A stretch of 64,000 nt of DNA from an uncultured Veillonellaceae bacterium. GTDB taxonomy: Bacteria; Bacillota; Negativicutes; JARBTT01. The stretch is taken from positions 1,696,001-1,760,000 of the forward strand of contig CAWDTA010000002.1 in the NCBI GenBank assembly GCA_963805085.1. The letters are read 5' to 3'. The position numbers and the translations under genes were made by a program. This document shows positions 20,786 through 30,941 of this stretch, one piece after another (the first letter of the stretch is position 1; the number at the start of each line of letters is the position of its first letter). The notes under the pieces were generated by a model that did no database searches, was not told the DNA's origin, and saw only the letters and a program-made list of their open reading frames with translations.

Positions 20786-20812
20786 CATTGGAGTTACTCA
20801 AAGGTTTATCAT
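20782..20812 (+). promoter_or_regulatory. MerR-type 19-bp-spacer promoter for the MATE gene
   Basis: TTGACA (20782-87), 19 bp containing dyad TTGGAGT-T-ACTCAAA, TATCAT (20807-12). Confidence 0.8.
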
Positions 20813-20821
20813 CTTATCAGG

Positions 20822-22168
20822 GTGATAAAAATGAATGAAAATATATTAGGCAAAGAAAATATTACTACGTTATTTCTAAAATACAGCATCCCTGCGATTT
20901 CTGGAATGATATTTTTAGGGCTCAATACAATTGTGGATGGTTTTTTTGTTGGCAATTATATTGGTGTGAATGCGTTAGCGAGTGTAAATGTTGCGATGCC
21001 TTTTTTTAGTTTAATGATTGCAGTTGGTGTGATTATTGGAATCGGAACACAAAGTATCATAGGGCGAAAGCTAGGCGAAACCAATATAAAAGAGGCAAGC
21101 GACACATTTAAAACATCGCTTAGTTTAGTCACAGGCGTATCGTTGCTACTTTCCGTAATTGCTATTGGCTTTACCAACAAGATCGCTGTTTTTCTGGGGG
21201 CAAATGAGCAATTGATTCCAATGGTAACAACTTATATTAAATATGAAGCATTGTTCTTGCCTTTTTTCGGAATCATGTTTGTTTTAGATTATGTGTTAAA
21301 AGTAATGGGCAAACCTTTGTATTCAATGCAGCTTCTAGTGGTCTCTGTTATCAGTCATATGTTGTTTAACTATGTATGTATTGTACAACTTGGGCTAGGG
21401 ATTAAAGGCTCTGCTATTGCTGCAGGACTAGGCTATAGTGTTGCATTTGTTATGGCTATACTTCCATTTATCATGGGGAAAACGACATTGAAATTATTTC
21501 AAGGTAACTTTAGAAAAGCATTGGCTTGTAATATTCTCTATAATGGTGCATCGGAAGGCTTGGCGGAGATCGGCACTGGTGTTACAACCTTACTATTTAA
21601 CATTACGCTTATGCGTTATGTAGGCGAAGCTGGTGTAGCTGCTTTTACAGCTATAAGCTATTTATCTTTTATTGGACATAATATATTGATAGGTTTATCA
21701 GATGGTGCTGGTGCAATCATTAGCTATAATTATGGCAGCGGTAAAATGGAGCGTGTAAAAAAAGCATTAAGGCTTGCTGTTTTTTCGGCATTCATCATCG
21801 GTATAGGATTATTTTTCTGTATTTCTATGTTTGCTAGAGAAATCATTACGATATTTTTAGATGTAAATCATGAACAAGCTCTCAGTTTGGCTGTATATGG
21901 AGCGAGACTGTATGCTTTTGCGTTTATCATAAATGGCTTGAATATTGTTGTATCAGGTTATTTTACTGCTACTTGTAATCCTAAAAGCTCGGTATTGATC
22001 GCGTTGAGCAAAGGCATAGTGTGGATCGGGATAGGGCTGGTTATGTTACCGATGATATTTGGTATAAAAGGTATATGGCTAACAGTTCCTGTTGCAGAAC
22101 TGCTCACATTGATATTATCGGCAGCGTTGATGTATAAACATTTTAAGTACAAAATTCAACATACTTAG
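20822..22168 (+). CDS. MATE family efflux transporter
   Basis: IVDGFFVGNYIGVNALASVN; ISYNYGSG; GIWL.VPVAE. Confidence 0.93.
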   Translation: MIKMNENILGKENITTLFLKYSIPAISGMIFLGLNTIVDGFFVGNYIGVNALASVNVAMPFFSLMIAVGVIIGIGTQSIIGRKLGETNIKEASDTFKTSLSLVTGVSLLLSVIAIGFTNKIAVFLGANEQLIPMVTTYIKYEALFLPFFGIMFVLDYVLKVMGKPLYSMQLLVVSVISHMLFNYVCIVQLGLGIKGSAIAAGLGYSVAFVMAILPFIMGKTTLKLFQGNFRKALACNILYNGASEGLAEIGTGVTTLLFNITLMRYVGEAGVAAFTAISYLSFIGHNILIGLSDGAGAIISYNYGSGKMERVKKALRLAVFSAFIIGIGLFFCISMFAREIITIFLDVNHEQALSLAVYGARLYAFAFIINGLNIVVSGYFTATCNPKSSVLIALSKGIVWIGIGLVMLPMIFGIKGIWLTVPVAELLTLILSAALMYKHFKYKIQHT

Positions 22169-22313
22169 CATAGTTTAAGTATCATTTGCGTAATTTTACT
22201 AAATAGGATTGCAAGATAAGGAGCGGGAGTAATATTCTAAGCGCTCATCATTGACTTTCTCCATTATGTGAAATACAATTTACCTAACAAATGGTCGGCA
22301 AGGAGGATGATTT

Positions 22314-22919
22314 ATGAGTGGTAAAACTAGAGATAAAATAAAGAAAATTGCGCTTACTCTATTTGCTGACAGTGGTTATGATGCAACAAGTATGGAGAAA
22401 ATTGCGACTGGAGTGGGAATAAAAAAATCATCACTGTATGCATTTATTACTAGTAAAGAAGCGCTGTTTTGGGAAATTTATGAGGAACTTGAAGCCCAAT
22501 ACCATAATTACATGGAGCGGTTATTGACAGAGTCGGAAAGCATGTCGCCAACAGAGAGGCTTTATTATCTCTTTAAGCAATATCTAATTGGTACTCAGAA
22601 TGAGGAACCGGGAGCGAGAACTTTTTGGATTCGTGTAATGTTTTTTCCCCCGGTGATGCTAAAAGATAGAGTGTTAGCGAGGGCGTTAAAACATGAAATG
22701 CTGCTTGGTGAGAGATACACGACAATAATTAAGGATGCAATTGAGCAAGGGTTAATTCGGAAAGAACCGCCCAAAGAAATTTTGCTTTCATATTATAGTT
22801 TAAGGCAGGGACTCTATTCATTAATGAATGTATTCATGTATGATATGACCGAAGCGCAAAAACTTGATAAGATTGATAAAGTATGGCAGAATTATTGGCA
22901 AGGAATAAAAGAAAGATAA
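22314..22919 (+). CDS. TetR/AcrR family regulator
   Basis: ALTLFADSGYDATSMEKIATGVGIKKSSLY. Confidence 0.93.
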   Translation: MSGKTRDKIKKIALTLFADSGYDATSMEKIATGVGIKKSSLYAFITSKEALFWEIYEELEAQYHNYMERLLTESESMSPTERLYYLFKQYLIGTQNEEPGARTFWIRVMFFPPVMLKDRVLARALKHEMLLGERYTTIIKDAIEQGLIRKEPPKEILLSYYSLRQGLYSLMNVFMYDMTEAQKLDKIDKVWQNYWQGIKER

Positions 22920-22962
22920 AAATGGACTATGTTGAAATTAAAGTTTCAACATAGTCCATTTC
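22920..22962. terminator. Terminator hairpin after tetR
   Basis: AATGGACTATGTTGAAA...TTTCAACATAGTCCATT. Confidence 0.8.
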
Positions 22963-23009
22963 TGTATTACGTAGGTTCGGAAAGCCGGGGCTTTGATGAA
23001 TAGTTTGTA

Positions 23010-24410
23010 CTAATAAACCACATCCGGCAAAGCGGATAAGGTATTGGAGGGCTGACTACTAGTTCCTTTTGGAAAACTAAAGAAAATAGTGGCTCCTTCG
23101 TCAACTTTTCCTATCATCCAGGCTTTACCACCGTGTCTTTTTAAAATCTTTTGACATGTAACAAGCCCTACGCCCGTTCCTTCAAATTGATCAACAGAAT
23201 GAAGTCTCTCTAAAATTTCGAAAAGTTTAGAAGAATACTCCATATCAAAACCTGCCCCATTGTCTTTTACGGAAATAATATAATTATTCCCATCCTCGGT
23301 GAAAGTTACATCAATAATTGCCTGTTCTCTGTTTCGGGTATATTTTAGCGCATTATCAAGAATATTTGTTACAAGAATTTTCAGCATGATCGGGTCGCCC
23401 TGGACTGTGGGCAGTTCTGCCACAGTATACTCTACCTGTCTTTTCGGCCCAATCTGACGTAACCCAGAATAGACTGTCCAAAATAATTCCTCCAACGAAA
23501 CCGGCTCGGTTTTTATTTGTTTTTGAGACATTCTGGAAAGTTCCAACAAATGATCCGTAATGGTAACGACTTCTGCAGATTTGTTTTGAATATGGTTAAC
23601 TAGCTCCTGCCCATTACGATCAAGCTTATCATAATAATCACGGACGATAAATTTAGCAAGCTGATTGATAGACAGTAATGGGGATTTGAAATCATGTGCT
23701 ACGGAATGACAGAAATGGTTTAGTTCCTGGTTATTATCTAATGCTTGTTGAAGTACAAAGTTAGTTTGTTGAAGTGACTCTTGATAATTAAGCAAGTCGG
23801 CTCTTGTCTTTTCGAAATATACCATTAACATACCAGACGTAATAACTAGTCGTGTAATGCCACATAGTAAGGTAATCCATAGCGGAAGTGACGTATCGTT
23901 TGCGAAAAAAGGAATGATAGCGGTTAAAATACCCCAGATAAAGAATGCATATCCGGTAATATAGTTTCCTGCTCCTCTTATCTTCAATTTACAAATAAAT
24001 ATTCTGGCTATATAAAGTAACATAATAGCGCCGAGCCATGTGGGAGGAAGCAACTTCCAAAATACGGATGCATTCATTAAATCAAATATGACACTTAACA
24101 ACGAAACAATAGTGGCACCGTATAACCAATATCTGTTTAGAGGTTTGTTGATTACAAGATAAGCACTGTATATTAGTACTGTAGCACAAACAATAAAAAA
24201 CATTTGGTAAGTTATACAACTTAAAAATGAACTTTTCCAATCAAACATACCAGACTCAAAAAGGGAAATTCGTGTAAAATGAGCTAGCCAGCTTATTATC
24301 CAAGCTCCCATATATTTTTCACGATGTACAATATATAGATGTATATAGATAAATAACATTAGAGCCGTTCCAGCCATTGCAATTATAGTAGATAAAAAAA
24401 CATAATCCAT
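23010..24410 (-). CDS. Multi-TM sensor histidine kinase, copy 1
   Basis: About 7 hydrophobic segments; F.HSVAHDFKSP H-box; DNGAGFD, FERLH-like, GTGVGL; ATG 24410 with GGAGG RBS. Confidence 0.92.
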   Translation of the reverse strand: MDYVFLSTIIAMAGTALMLFIYIHLYIVHREKYMGAWIISWLAHFTRISLFESGMFDWKSSFLSCITYQMFFIVCATVLIYSAYLVINKPLNRYWLYGATIVSLLSVIFDLMNASVFWKLLPPTWLGAIMLLYIARIFICKLKIRGAGNYITGYAFFIWGILTAIIPFFANDTSLPLWITLLCGITRLVITSGMLMVYFEKTRADLLNYQESLQQTNFVLQQALDNNQELNHFCHSVAHDFKSPLLSINQLAKFIVRDYYDKLDRNGQELVNHIQNKSAEVVTITDHLLELSRMSQKQIKTEPVSLEELFWTVYSGLRQIGPKRQVEYTVAELPTVQGDPIMLKILVTNILDNALKYTRNREQAIIDVTFTEDGNNYIISVKDNGAGFDMEYSSKLFEILERLHSVDQFEGTGVGLVTCQKILKRHGGKAWMIGKVDEGATIFFSFPKGTSSQPSNTLSALPDVVY

Positions 24411-24488
24411 AGATTTTCCTCCATAATCATTAATATACAGCAATAAGTAATTTAATCTATAAATCGCCAAACCTCCTGTTGTTTTTAG

Positions 24489-24881
24489 TTATGACGGGAA
24501 CTTTCTATAAGTTGAGGACACCATCCCTTTTGTAGTAAGTCCAAAATTATAATTTCCATTTCTTTTGAAGAACTTTTGAAACCGCTCCATAAAATACGTT
24601 TCTACTATTTCAGAAGAAAAATCTGATATTTGTCCTATGTTAACTCTTACTGTACCAATAATCTTTGAACCAAATTTGGCATAGAATAGCGTGCCCCATT
24701 CGTCTAGTTCATCATACAAGAGCTTATTTTGATGGTCTACGGATACTAAGTTATAGCCTATTTCTTCGCCATAAACGTTATACCTTAGGCGATAGATTTC
24801 TTTTTTTTCTTCGGGTGTTGCTGCAATGCTAATTTTAATTACATTTGAGTCCGTAAGTGTCGTACAAGGTTCATTTTCCAT
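24489..24881 (-). pseudogene. Truncated FeeM/LuxI-like N-acyltransferase, copy 1
   Basis: 130 aa homologous to the N-terminus of 28227-29369; lacks the rest of the GNAT and the cNMP domain. Confidence 0.8.
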
Positions 24882-25156
24882 AAATTTTGCCTCCTATATT
24901 GTTTAGTAATCATTAGTGGATATTGCATTTACAAACAAAAAAGTATAATAAGCTATATTATAGCAAATTTTTACACATATGACATAAAAAATAGAAAATT
25001 ACACCATAAAATAGCTTTTTTAGTAAGTATCTATAAAAATAACGAATTTTATATGGTAAATTAATGCAGTAGTGGAATAAAACACTATAATTGCTTATTC
25101 GTATTCACAATTTCATTTGAATAATTTTTAAAGAACAAACTAGTATAGCCGTTGCC

Positions 25157-26273
25157 ATGATCAAAAAATATGTTGAATTGGAGGGATATGATTTGTATAA
25201 AGTGTTGCTTGTTGATGATGACAGGTCGATTTTATGCGGTCTAAGGCAATTCAAAGAATGGGAATCGTGTGGATTCACGATTGAAGATGAGGCATGTGCT
25301 AGCAAGGATGCATTAGAAAAAATAGCTTTAAAATGCTTTGATCTGGTAATTACCGATATCAGAATGCCTGGAATGGACGGACTAGAATTATTAAATAAGA
25401 TTAAAGCCAGAAGATACTTGTCTAATGATAATGAGCACCTATAATGATTTTGAATATGCGCAAGAAGGTATACGTCTTGGCGTATTTGACTATATTATGA
25501 AACCGATGGACAGCAAGATTCTGGAGAGTGCCTTAACTCGGGTAAAAAGGCATTTGGATGACAAAAACTTCTTACAAAAAAGGTGCAAAGAAGAAAAACA
25601 AATGCTATTCGAAGAAAACCTTAGATTTTTTTACCCAACGAGCCAAGAACAAAAACTTATTGATTTAATGATGATCGGTGACTATAAGACTATTGATGAA
25701 GCATCAAGTACTTGTTTAGAACTATTTAATTTGACGAATCAAGACCTAGTTAAGACAGATATACTGCTGGAAAAAATGCTCTTGAATTTAAGAGACAAAA
25801 TTAATCATAGTTTTCCCTGGCTGGCAACCCTTGAAGAAATAGTCTTTAATGATACTTTGACTGATGTGGAATCTATTGATGGTATTAAGACAAAGTTTTT
25901 GAGTTGTGTAAATACTATGCTGGAAATTATAAAAAGATATGAACTGCATCATCCAGACAGCGTAGTAGGGAAAACCTGTCGCTATGTAATAGAGCATGTC
26001 GAAGATAATATAAAACTGGAGGATATTGCTAGCGTTGTACATATAAGTCAGGATTATATGGGCAAGTTGTTTAAACAGAAAACGGGATATAATTTTATTG
26101 ATTATGCCACTAAAGTAAAAATGGGACATGCAAAACATCTGATTGTGACAGGTCAATATAAAAACTATGAACTAAGCGAAAAGCTTGGCTATAGTAGTAC
26201 GGATTACTTTTGTCGTCTATTTAAAGGTTACACTGGGGTTACACCAGTTGAATTTAGAAAAATGGGGAGTTAA
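25157..26273 (+). pseudogene. Frameshifted receiver-AraC response regulator, copy 1
   Basis: 5-nt deletion (ACTTA) after about 25412 relative to intact copy 29645-30766 splits it into ORFs 25157-25444 and 25425-26273. Confidence 0.9.
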
Positions 26274-26412
26274 TTATTTTTTGCAGTTTAAACTGTAATT
26301 TAGCGATTTCTTAGTATTTTTTTATTGCAATGCTAAAAAAAATGTCTGACTAAGTGTTGACAATCCGCTTTATCACATCATATTTAAAAATTATATTGGG
26401 GGTAATATAATC

Positions 26413-26604
26413 ATGTTTGAGCAATATAACGATTTAGTAAGTGTTGAAGATTTATGCGATATGCTAGCTATTGGTAAAAATTCAGCATATAAATTATTAT
26501 CATCCGGCGAAATAAAATGCTTTCGTCATAATCAAGTTTAGAAAATACCTCGGGCAGCAGTAACCGAATATATAATAGAAAAATCTAAATTAACGATTGT
26601 TTGA
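26413..26604 (+). pseudogene. Excisionase-like HTH_17 protein with internal stop
   Basis: MFEQYNDLVSVEDLCDMLAIGKNSAYKLLSSGEIKCFRHNQV*KIPRAAVTEYI; TAG at 26539-41 where W is expected. Confidence 0.75.
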
Positions 26605-26780
26605 AAGGCTGTTCCAAGTGTTCCACTTGTTCCACTAAAATCTATTTCACGAATATATTTTAAATAGAGCAATATCTAAGACTTATAAAAGCACTTTTAA
26701 CCACATCCATTTATTGGATGTGGTTAATTTGTGGTCAAAAAGGCCCCACGTCAAACCACGCGAAGCCGTGAATTTACTGA

Positions 26781-26832
26781 TGGCAGAGAGGGAGGGATTC
26801 GAACCCTCAGCACCTTGCGGTACAATTGATTT
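26781..26832 (-). tRNA. 3' half of a tRNA-Ser (att-site remnant, not a complete gene)
   Basis: Minus strand: AAATCAATTGTACCGCAAGGTGCTGAGGGTTCGAATCCCTCCCTCTCTGCCA, with long variable arm, T-loop and GCCA end; 5' half absent. Confidence 0.8.
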
Positions 26833-26835
26833 GTA

Positions 26836-28206
26836 CTAATAAACCACATCCGGTAAAGCGGATAAGGTGTTAGAGGTCTGACTACTATTTCCTTTTGGAA
26901 AACTAAAGAAAATAGTGGCTCCTTCATCAACTTTTCCTGTCATCCAGGCTTTACCACCGTGTCTTTTTAGAATCTTTTGACACGTAACAAGCCCTACGCC
27001 CGTTCCTTCAAATTGATCGACAGGATGAAGTCTCTCTAAAATTTCGAAAAGTTTAGAAGAATACTCCATATCAAAACCTGCCCCATTGTCTTTTACGGAA
27101 ATAATATAATTATTCCCATCCTCGGTGAAAGTTACATCAATAATTGCCTGTTCTCTGTTTCGGGTATATTTTAGCGCATTATCAAGAATATTTGTTACAA
27201 GAATTTTCAGCATGATCGGGTCGCCCTGGACTGTGGGCAGTTCTGCCACAGTATACTCTACCTGTCTTTTCGGCCCAATCTGCCGTAACTCGGAATAGAC
27301 TGTCCAAAATAACTCCTCCAACGAAACCGGCTCGGTTTTTATTTGTTTTTGAGACATTCTGGAGAGTTCCAACAAATGATCCGTAATGGTAACGACTTCT
27401 GCAGATTTGTTTTGAATATGGTTAACTAACTCTTGTCCATTACGATCAAGCTTATCATAATAATCACGCACGATAAATTTAGCAAGCTGATTGATAGACA
27501 GTAATGGGGATTTGAAATCATGTGCTACGGAATGACAGAAATGGTTTAGTTCCTGGTTAGTTTGTTGAAGCGATTCTTGATTACTAAGCAAATTGGCTCT
27601 TGTTTTTTCGAAATATACTAACACAATACCGGACGCAATAATAAATCGCAAGATTCCAGCAATTGAGACTATCCATCGTGAGAAGTCGGTATTGACACCC
27701 AAAAGGGGTGTTAATGCGGTGAAAATGCCCCACAGGATAAATGCATATCCTGTAATATAGTTTCCTGCTCCTTTTATCTGCAATTTGGTAATAAATATTC
27801 TACCTATATAGTACAGCATAAGAGTGGAAATACATGAAGAAGGAACTAACTTCCAAAAAGTAGAAGCATCCACTAAATCGAGTATAATATTTAATACAGA
27901 AGCAATAGCGACACCACGCAACCAAATTACATTTAATTGCTTTTTAATGACAAGATGAGCACTATATATAAGAGTCGTGGAACAGGCTATAAAAAGCGTT
28001 TGGTAAGTAAAAAAACTTAATATGGACTGTCTCCAATCTAACATTCCAGAATCAAAGAGTGCAAGCCGTATTAAATGAATAAGCCATCCTACGATCCAAG
28101 CACCCATATATGATTCGCGATATACGCCATATAAATATATGTAGATAAATAGCATAAGAATTGTCCCGGACATTGCGCATATTATAGATAAAAAAATAAT
28201 ATCCAT
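26836..28206 (-). CDS. Multi-TM sensor histidine kinase, copy 2
   Basis: Same kinase core as copy 1, divergent TM sensor; ATG at 28206. Confidence 0.92.
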   Translation of the reverse strand: MDIIFLSIICAMSGTILMLFIYIYLYGVYRESYMGAWIVGWLIHLIRLALFDSGMLDWRQSILSFFTYQTLFIACSTTLIYSAHLVIKKQLNVIWLRGVAIASVLNIILDLVDASTFWKLVPSSCISTLMLYYIGRIFITKLQIKGAGNYITGYAFILWGIFTALTPLLGVNTDFSRWIVSIAGILRFIIASGIVLVYFEKTRANLLSNQESLQQTNQELNHFCHSVAHDFKSPLLSINQLAKFIVRDYYDKLDRNGQELVNHIQNKSAEVVTITDHLLELSRMSQKQIKTEPVSLEELFWTVYSELRQIGPKRQVEYTVAELPTVQGDPIMLKILVTNILDNALKYTRNREQAIIDVTFTEDGNNYIISVKDNGAGFDMEYSSKLFEILERLHPVDQFEGTGVGLVTCQKILKRHGGKAWMTGKVDEGATIFFSFPKGNSSQTSNTLSALPDVVY

Positions 28207-28226
28207 TTGTATCCTTCCTTCTATAC

Positions 28227-29369
28227 CTATGTGCAAGAAGCACCGATAAAATTTATATTTTTCACAATCTTACTGGCGATATCGGGATATAAATGGTTAA
28301 ACTTCAAGAAAAAATGATAAGACAATACTAATATTTCTGTATCAGTTGCAGCTACGATACTTAATGTATGCCTAGTACGGTTAATTAAACCATTTCCATT
28401 GAGGTGTTGTCCTAAAGGTATTTTATCAATATCCAACGAGTCCGGAGAATGCAGTGTTCCTGAAAGTAAGACAATAATCTCTTGACTTACACTTTCGCGA
28501 GCCACAACGTAGTCGCCTTTAGAACATTGAACAATCACGCCACAACGATATAAGAATTTCTTCGCATCTGCTTCAGATAATCCTTGCAGTATTGGAATAC
28601 ATTTATTAGGAGCGTATCCTAGACGAGTACGTAGAATCTCCCAAAAAATTTCTTCAGTTACGAGTTGGCTGTTTGTAATAGTTGCGGCTCCAGGAAACCT
28701 AGAACGAAACCATTCAATGAATCGGTTGTTCTGTGTTTTTCCTTTATCAAGGGCTATCTTTAAAAAAGGAGAGTGTACCCTTCGCAAATGATCAATATCG
28801 TTTGGCATTACAACAAAATTAGCCAATGCCCCATAACTGGGATCTACGACATTTGTACCTATACGGCGATGTCCATAGTGTTCATGGAGAGGAAGCAAGT
28901 AAAAATTGGTACTTCCAAACCCAAAATCTACTTGATTATCGCAATACATCTCAAATACCTTGGTCATCAGTGTGGTGAATAATGGAAAGTTTCGATAGGA
29001 TGAAGCCACCATACCTTTTGAAGCAATCCCAAAGCTATAATTTTCATCTTTGTGGTAATATTCTTTAAATTTATCCATAGAATACATCTTTACTATTTCA
29101 GAAGGAAAGGATGATAGTTGTCCTATATTAACTCTTACAGTGCCAACAACCTCTGATCCTATTTTCGCGTAAAATAAAGTACCCCATTCATCTAATTCAT
29201 CATATAAAAGTTTGTTTTTATGATCTGCACCTACGAGATCATAGCCTATTTCTTCGGCATAGATAGTATACCGAAGACGATAGATTTCTTTTTTTTCTTC
29301 GGGCGTTGTTGCAATGCTAATTTTAATTACATCTGAGTCCGTAAGTGGCGTACAAGGTTCATTTTCCAT
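28227..29369 (-). CDS. FeeM/LuxI-like GNAT N-acyltransferase fused to a degenerate cNMP-binding domain
   Basis: IYRLRY.IY..E.GY, DELD, VVGTVRVN; C-terminal KGDYVV.E...LLSG.L...RHTLSIVAATDTEILVL. Confidence 0.75.
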   Translation of the reverse strand: MENEPCTPLTDSDVIKISIATTPEEKKEIYRLRYTIYAEEIGYDLVGADHKNKLLYDELDEWGTLFYAKIGSEVVGTVRVNIGQLSSFPSEIVKMYSMDKFKEYYHKDENYSFGIASKGMVASSYRNFPLFTTLMTKVFEMYCDNQVDFGFGSTNFYLLPLHEHYGHRRIGTNVVDPSYGALANFVVMPNDIDHLRRVHSPFLKIALDKGKTQNNRFIEWFRSRFPGAATITNSQLVTEEIFWEILRTRLGYAPNKCIPILQGLSEADAKKFLYRCGVIVQCSKGDYVVARESVSQEIIVLLSGTLHSPDSLDIDKIPLGQHLNGNGLINRTRHTLSIVAATDTEILVLSYHFFLKFNHLYPDIASKIVKNINFIGASCT

Positions 29370-29644
29370 AAATTTTGCCTCCTATATTGTTTAGTAATCA
29401 TTAGTGGATATTGCATTTACAAACAAAAAAGTATAATAAGATATATTATAGCAAATTTTTACACATATGACATAAAAAATAGAAAATTACACCATAAAAT
29501 AGCTTTTTTAGTAAGTATCTATAGAAATAACGAATTTTATATGGTAAATTAATGTAGTAATGGAATAAAAAACTATAATTGATTATTCGTATTCACAATT
29601 TCATTTAAATAATTTTTAAAGAACAAACTAGTATAGCCGTTGCC

Positions 29645-30766
29645 ATGATCAAAAAATATGTTGAATTGGAGGGATATGATTTGTATAAAGTGTTGCTTGT
29701 TGATGATGACAGGTCGATTTTATGTGGGCTAAGGCAATTTAAAGAATGGAAATCATGTGGATTCACTATTGAAGATGAGGCATGTGCTAGCAAGGAGGCA
29801 TTGGACAAACTGGTTGAAAAATGTTTTGATCTGGTAATTACCGATATCAGAATGCCTGGAATGGACGGACTAGAATTATTAAATAAGATTAAAGCCAGAA
29901 ACTTAGATACTTGTCTAATGATAATGAGCACCTATAATGATTTTGAATATGCGCAAGAAGGTATACGTCTTGGCGTATTTGACTATATTATGAAACCGAT
30001 GGACAGCAAGATTCTGGAGAGTGCCTTAACTCGGGTAAAAAGGCATTTGGATGACAAAAACTTCTTACAAAAAAGGTGCAAAGAAGAAAAACAAATGCTA
30101 TTCGAAGAAAACCTTAGATTTTTTTACCCAACGAGCCAAGAACAAAAACTTATTGATTTAATGATGATCGGTGACTATAAGACTATTGATGAAGCATCAA
30201 GTACTTGTTTAGAACTATTTAATTTGACGAATCAAGACCTAGTTAAGACAGATATACTGCTGGAAAAAATGCTCTTGAATTTAAGAGACAAAATTAATCA
30301 TAGTTTTCCCTGGCTGGCAACCCTTGAAGAAATAGTCTTTAATGATACTTTGACTGATGTGGAATCTATTGATGGTATTAAGACAAAGTTTTTGAGTTGT
30401 ATAAATACTATGCTGGAAATTATAAAAAGATATGAACTGCATCATCCAGACAGCGTAGTAGGGAAAACCTGTCGCTATGTAATAGAGCATGTCGAAGATA
30501 ATATAAAACTGGAGGATATTGCTAGCGTTGTACATATAAGCCAGGATTATATGGGCAAGTTGTTTAAACAGAAAACGGGATATAATTTTATTGATTATGC
30601 CACTAAAGTAAAAATGGAACATGCAAAACATCTGATTGTGACAGGTCAATATAAAAACTATGAATTAAGTGAAAAGCTTGGCTATAGTAGTACGGATTAC
30701 TTTTGTCGTCTATTTAAAGGTTACACTGGGGTTACACCAGTTGAATTTAGAAAAATGGGGAGTTAA
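29645..30766 (+). CDS. Response regulator, receiver + AraC HTH (YesN-like)
   Basis: VLLVDDD, ITDIRMPGMDG, DYIMKP; LFKQKTG, YFCRLFK..TGVTP.EFR. Confidence 0.94.
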   Translation: MIKKYVELEGYDLYKVLLVDDDRSILCGLRQFKEWKSCGFTIEDEACASKEALDKLVEKCFDLVITDIRMPGMDGLELLNKIKARNLDTCLMIMSTYNDFEYAQEGIRLGVFDYIMKPMDSKILESALTRVKRHLDDKNFLQKRCKEEKQMLFEENLRFFYPTSQEQKLIDLMMIGDYKTIDEASSTCLELFNLTNQDLVKTDILLEKMLLNLRDKINHSFPWLATLEEIVFNDTLTDVESIDGIKTKFLSCINTMLEIIKRYELHHPDSVVGKTCRYVIEHVEDNIKLEDIASVVHISQDYMGKLFKQKTGYNFIDYATKVKMEHAKHLIVTGQYKNYELSEKLGYSSTDYFCRLFKGYTGVTPVEFRKMGS

Positions 30767-30941
30767 TTATTTTTTATAGTTTAAACTGTAATTTAGTGAT
30801 TCCAGAGGGACAAAAAATAAAATGCTTTTTATATTGCACGATCGATGTTTCTGTTGACTTTTTCCACAATGCAGGGTAATATTTACCTAACAACCGGTCG
30901 TTAAATATATAAGTATTTTAACTAAATGGCAGGAGGCAACT

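Larger units (their letters stand above)
23004..30802. repeat. Tandem duplicated cassette (copy 1 about 23004-26308; copy 2 about 26831-30802)
   Basis: Near-identical kinase cores, intergenic promoter regions and response-regulator genes in both copies. Confidence 0.95.

Noticed and set aside
26539-26541. In-frame TAG as possible pyrrolysine readthrough
   Set aside because: Falls at a position normally Trp (TGG to TAG) in a decayed mobile-element region; simple nonsense mutation is more likely
26781-26832. Functional tRNA gene
   Set aside because: 5' half and anticodon missing; reported only as a fragment
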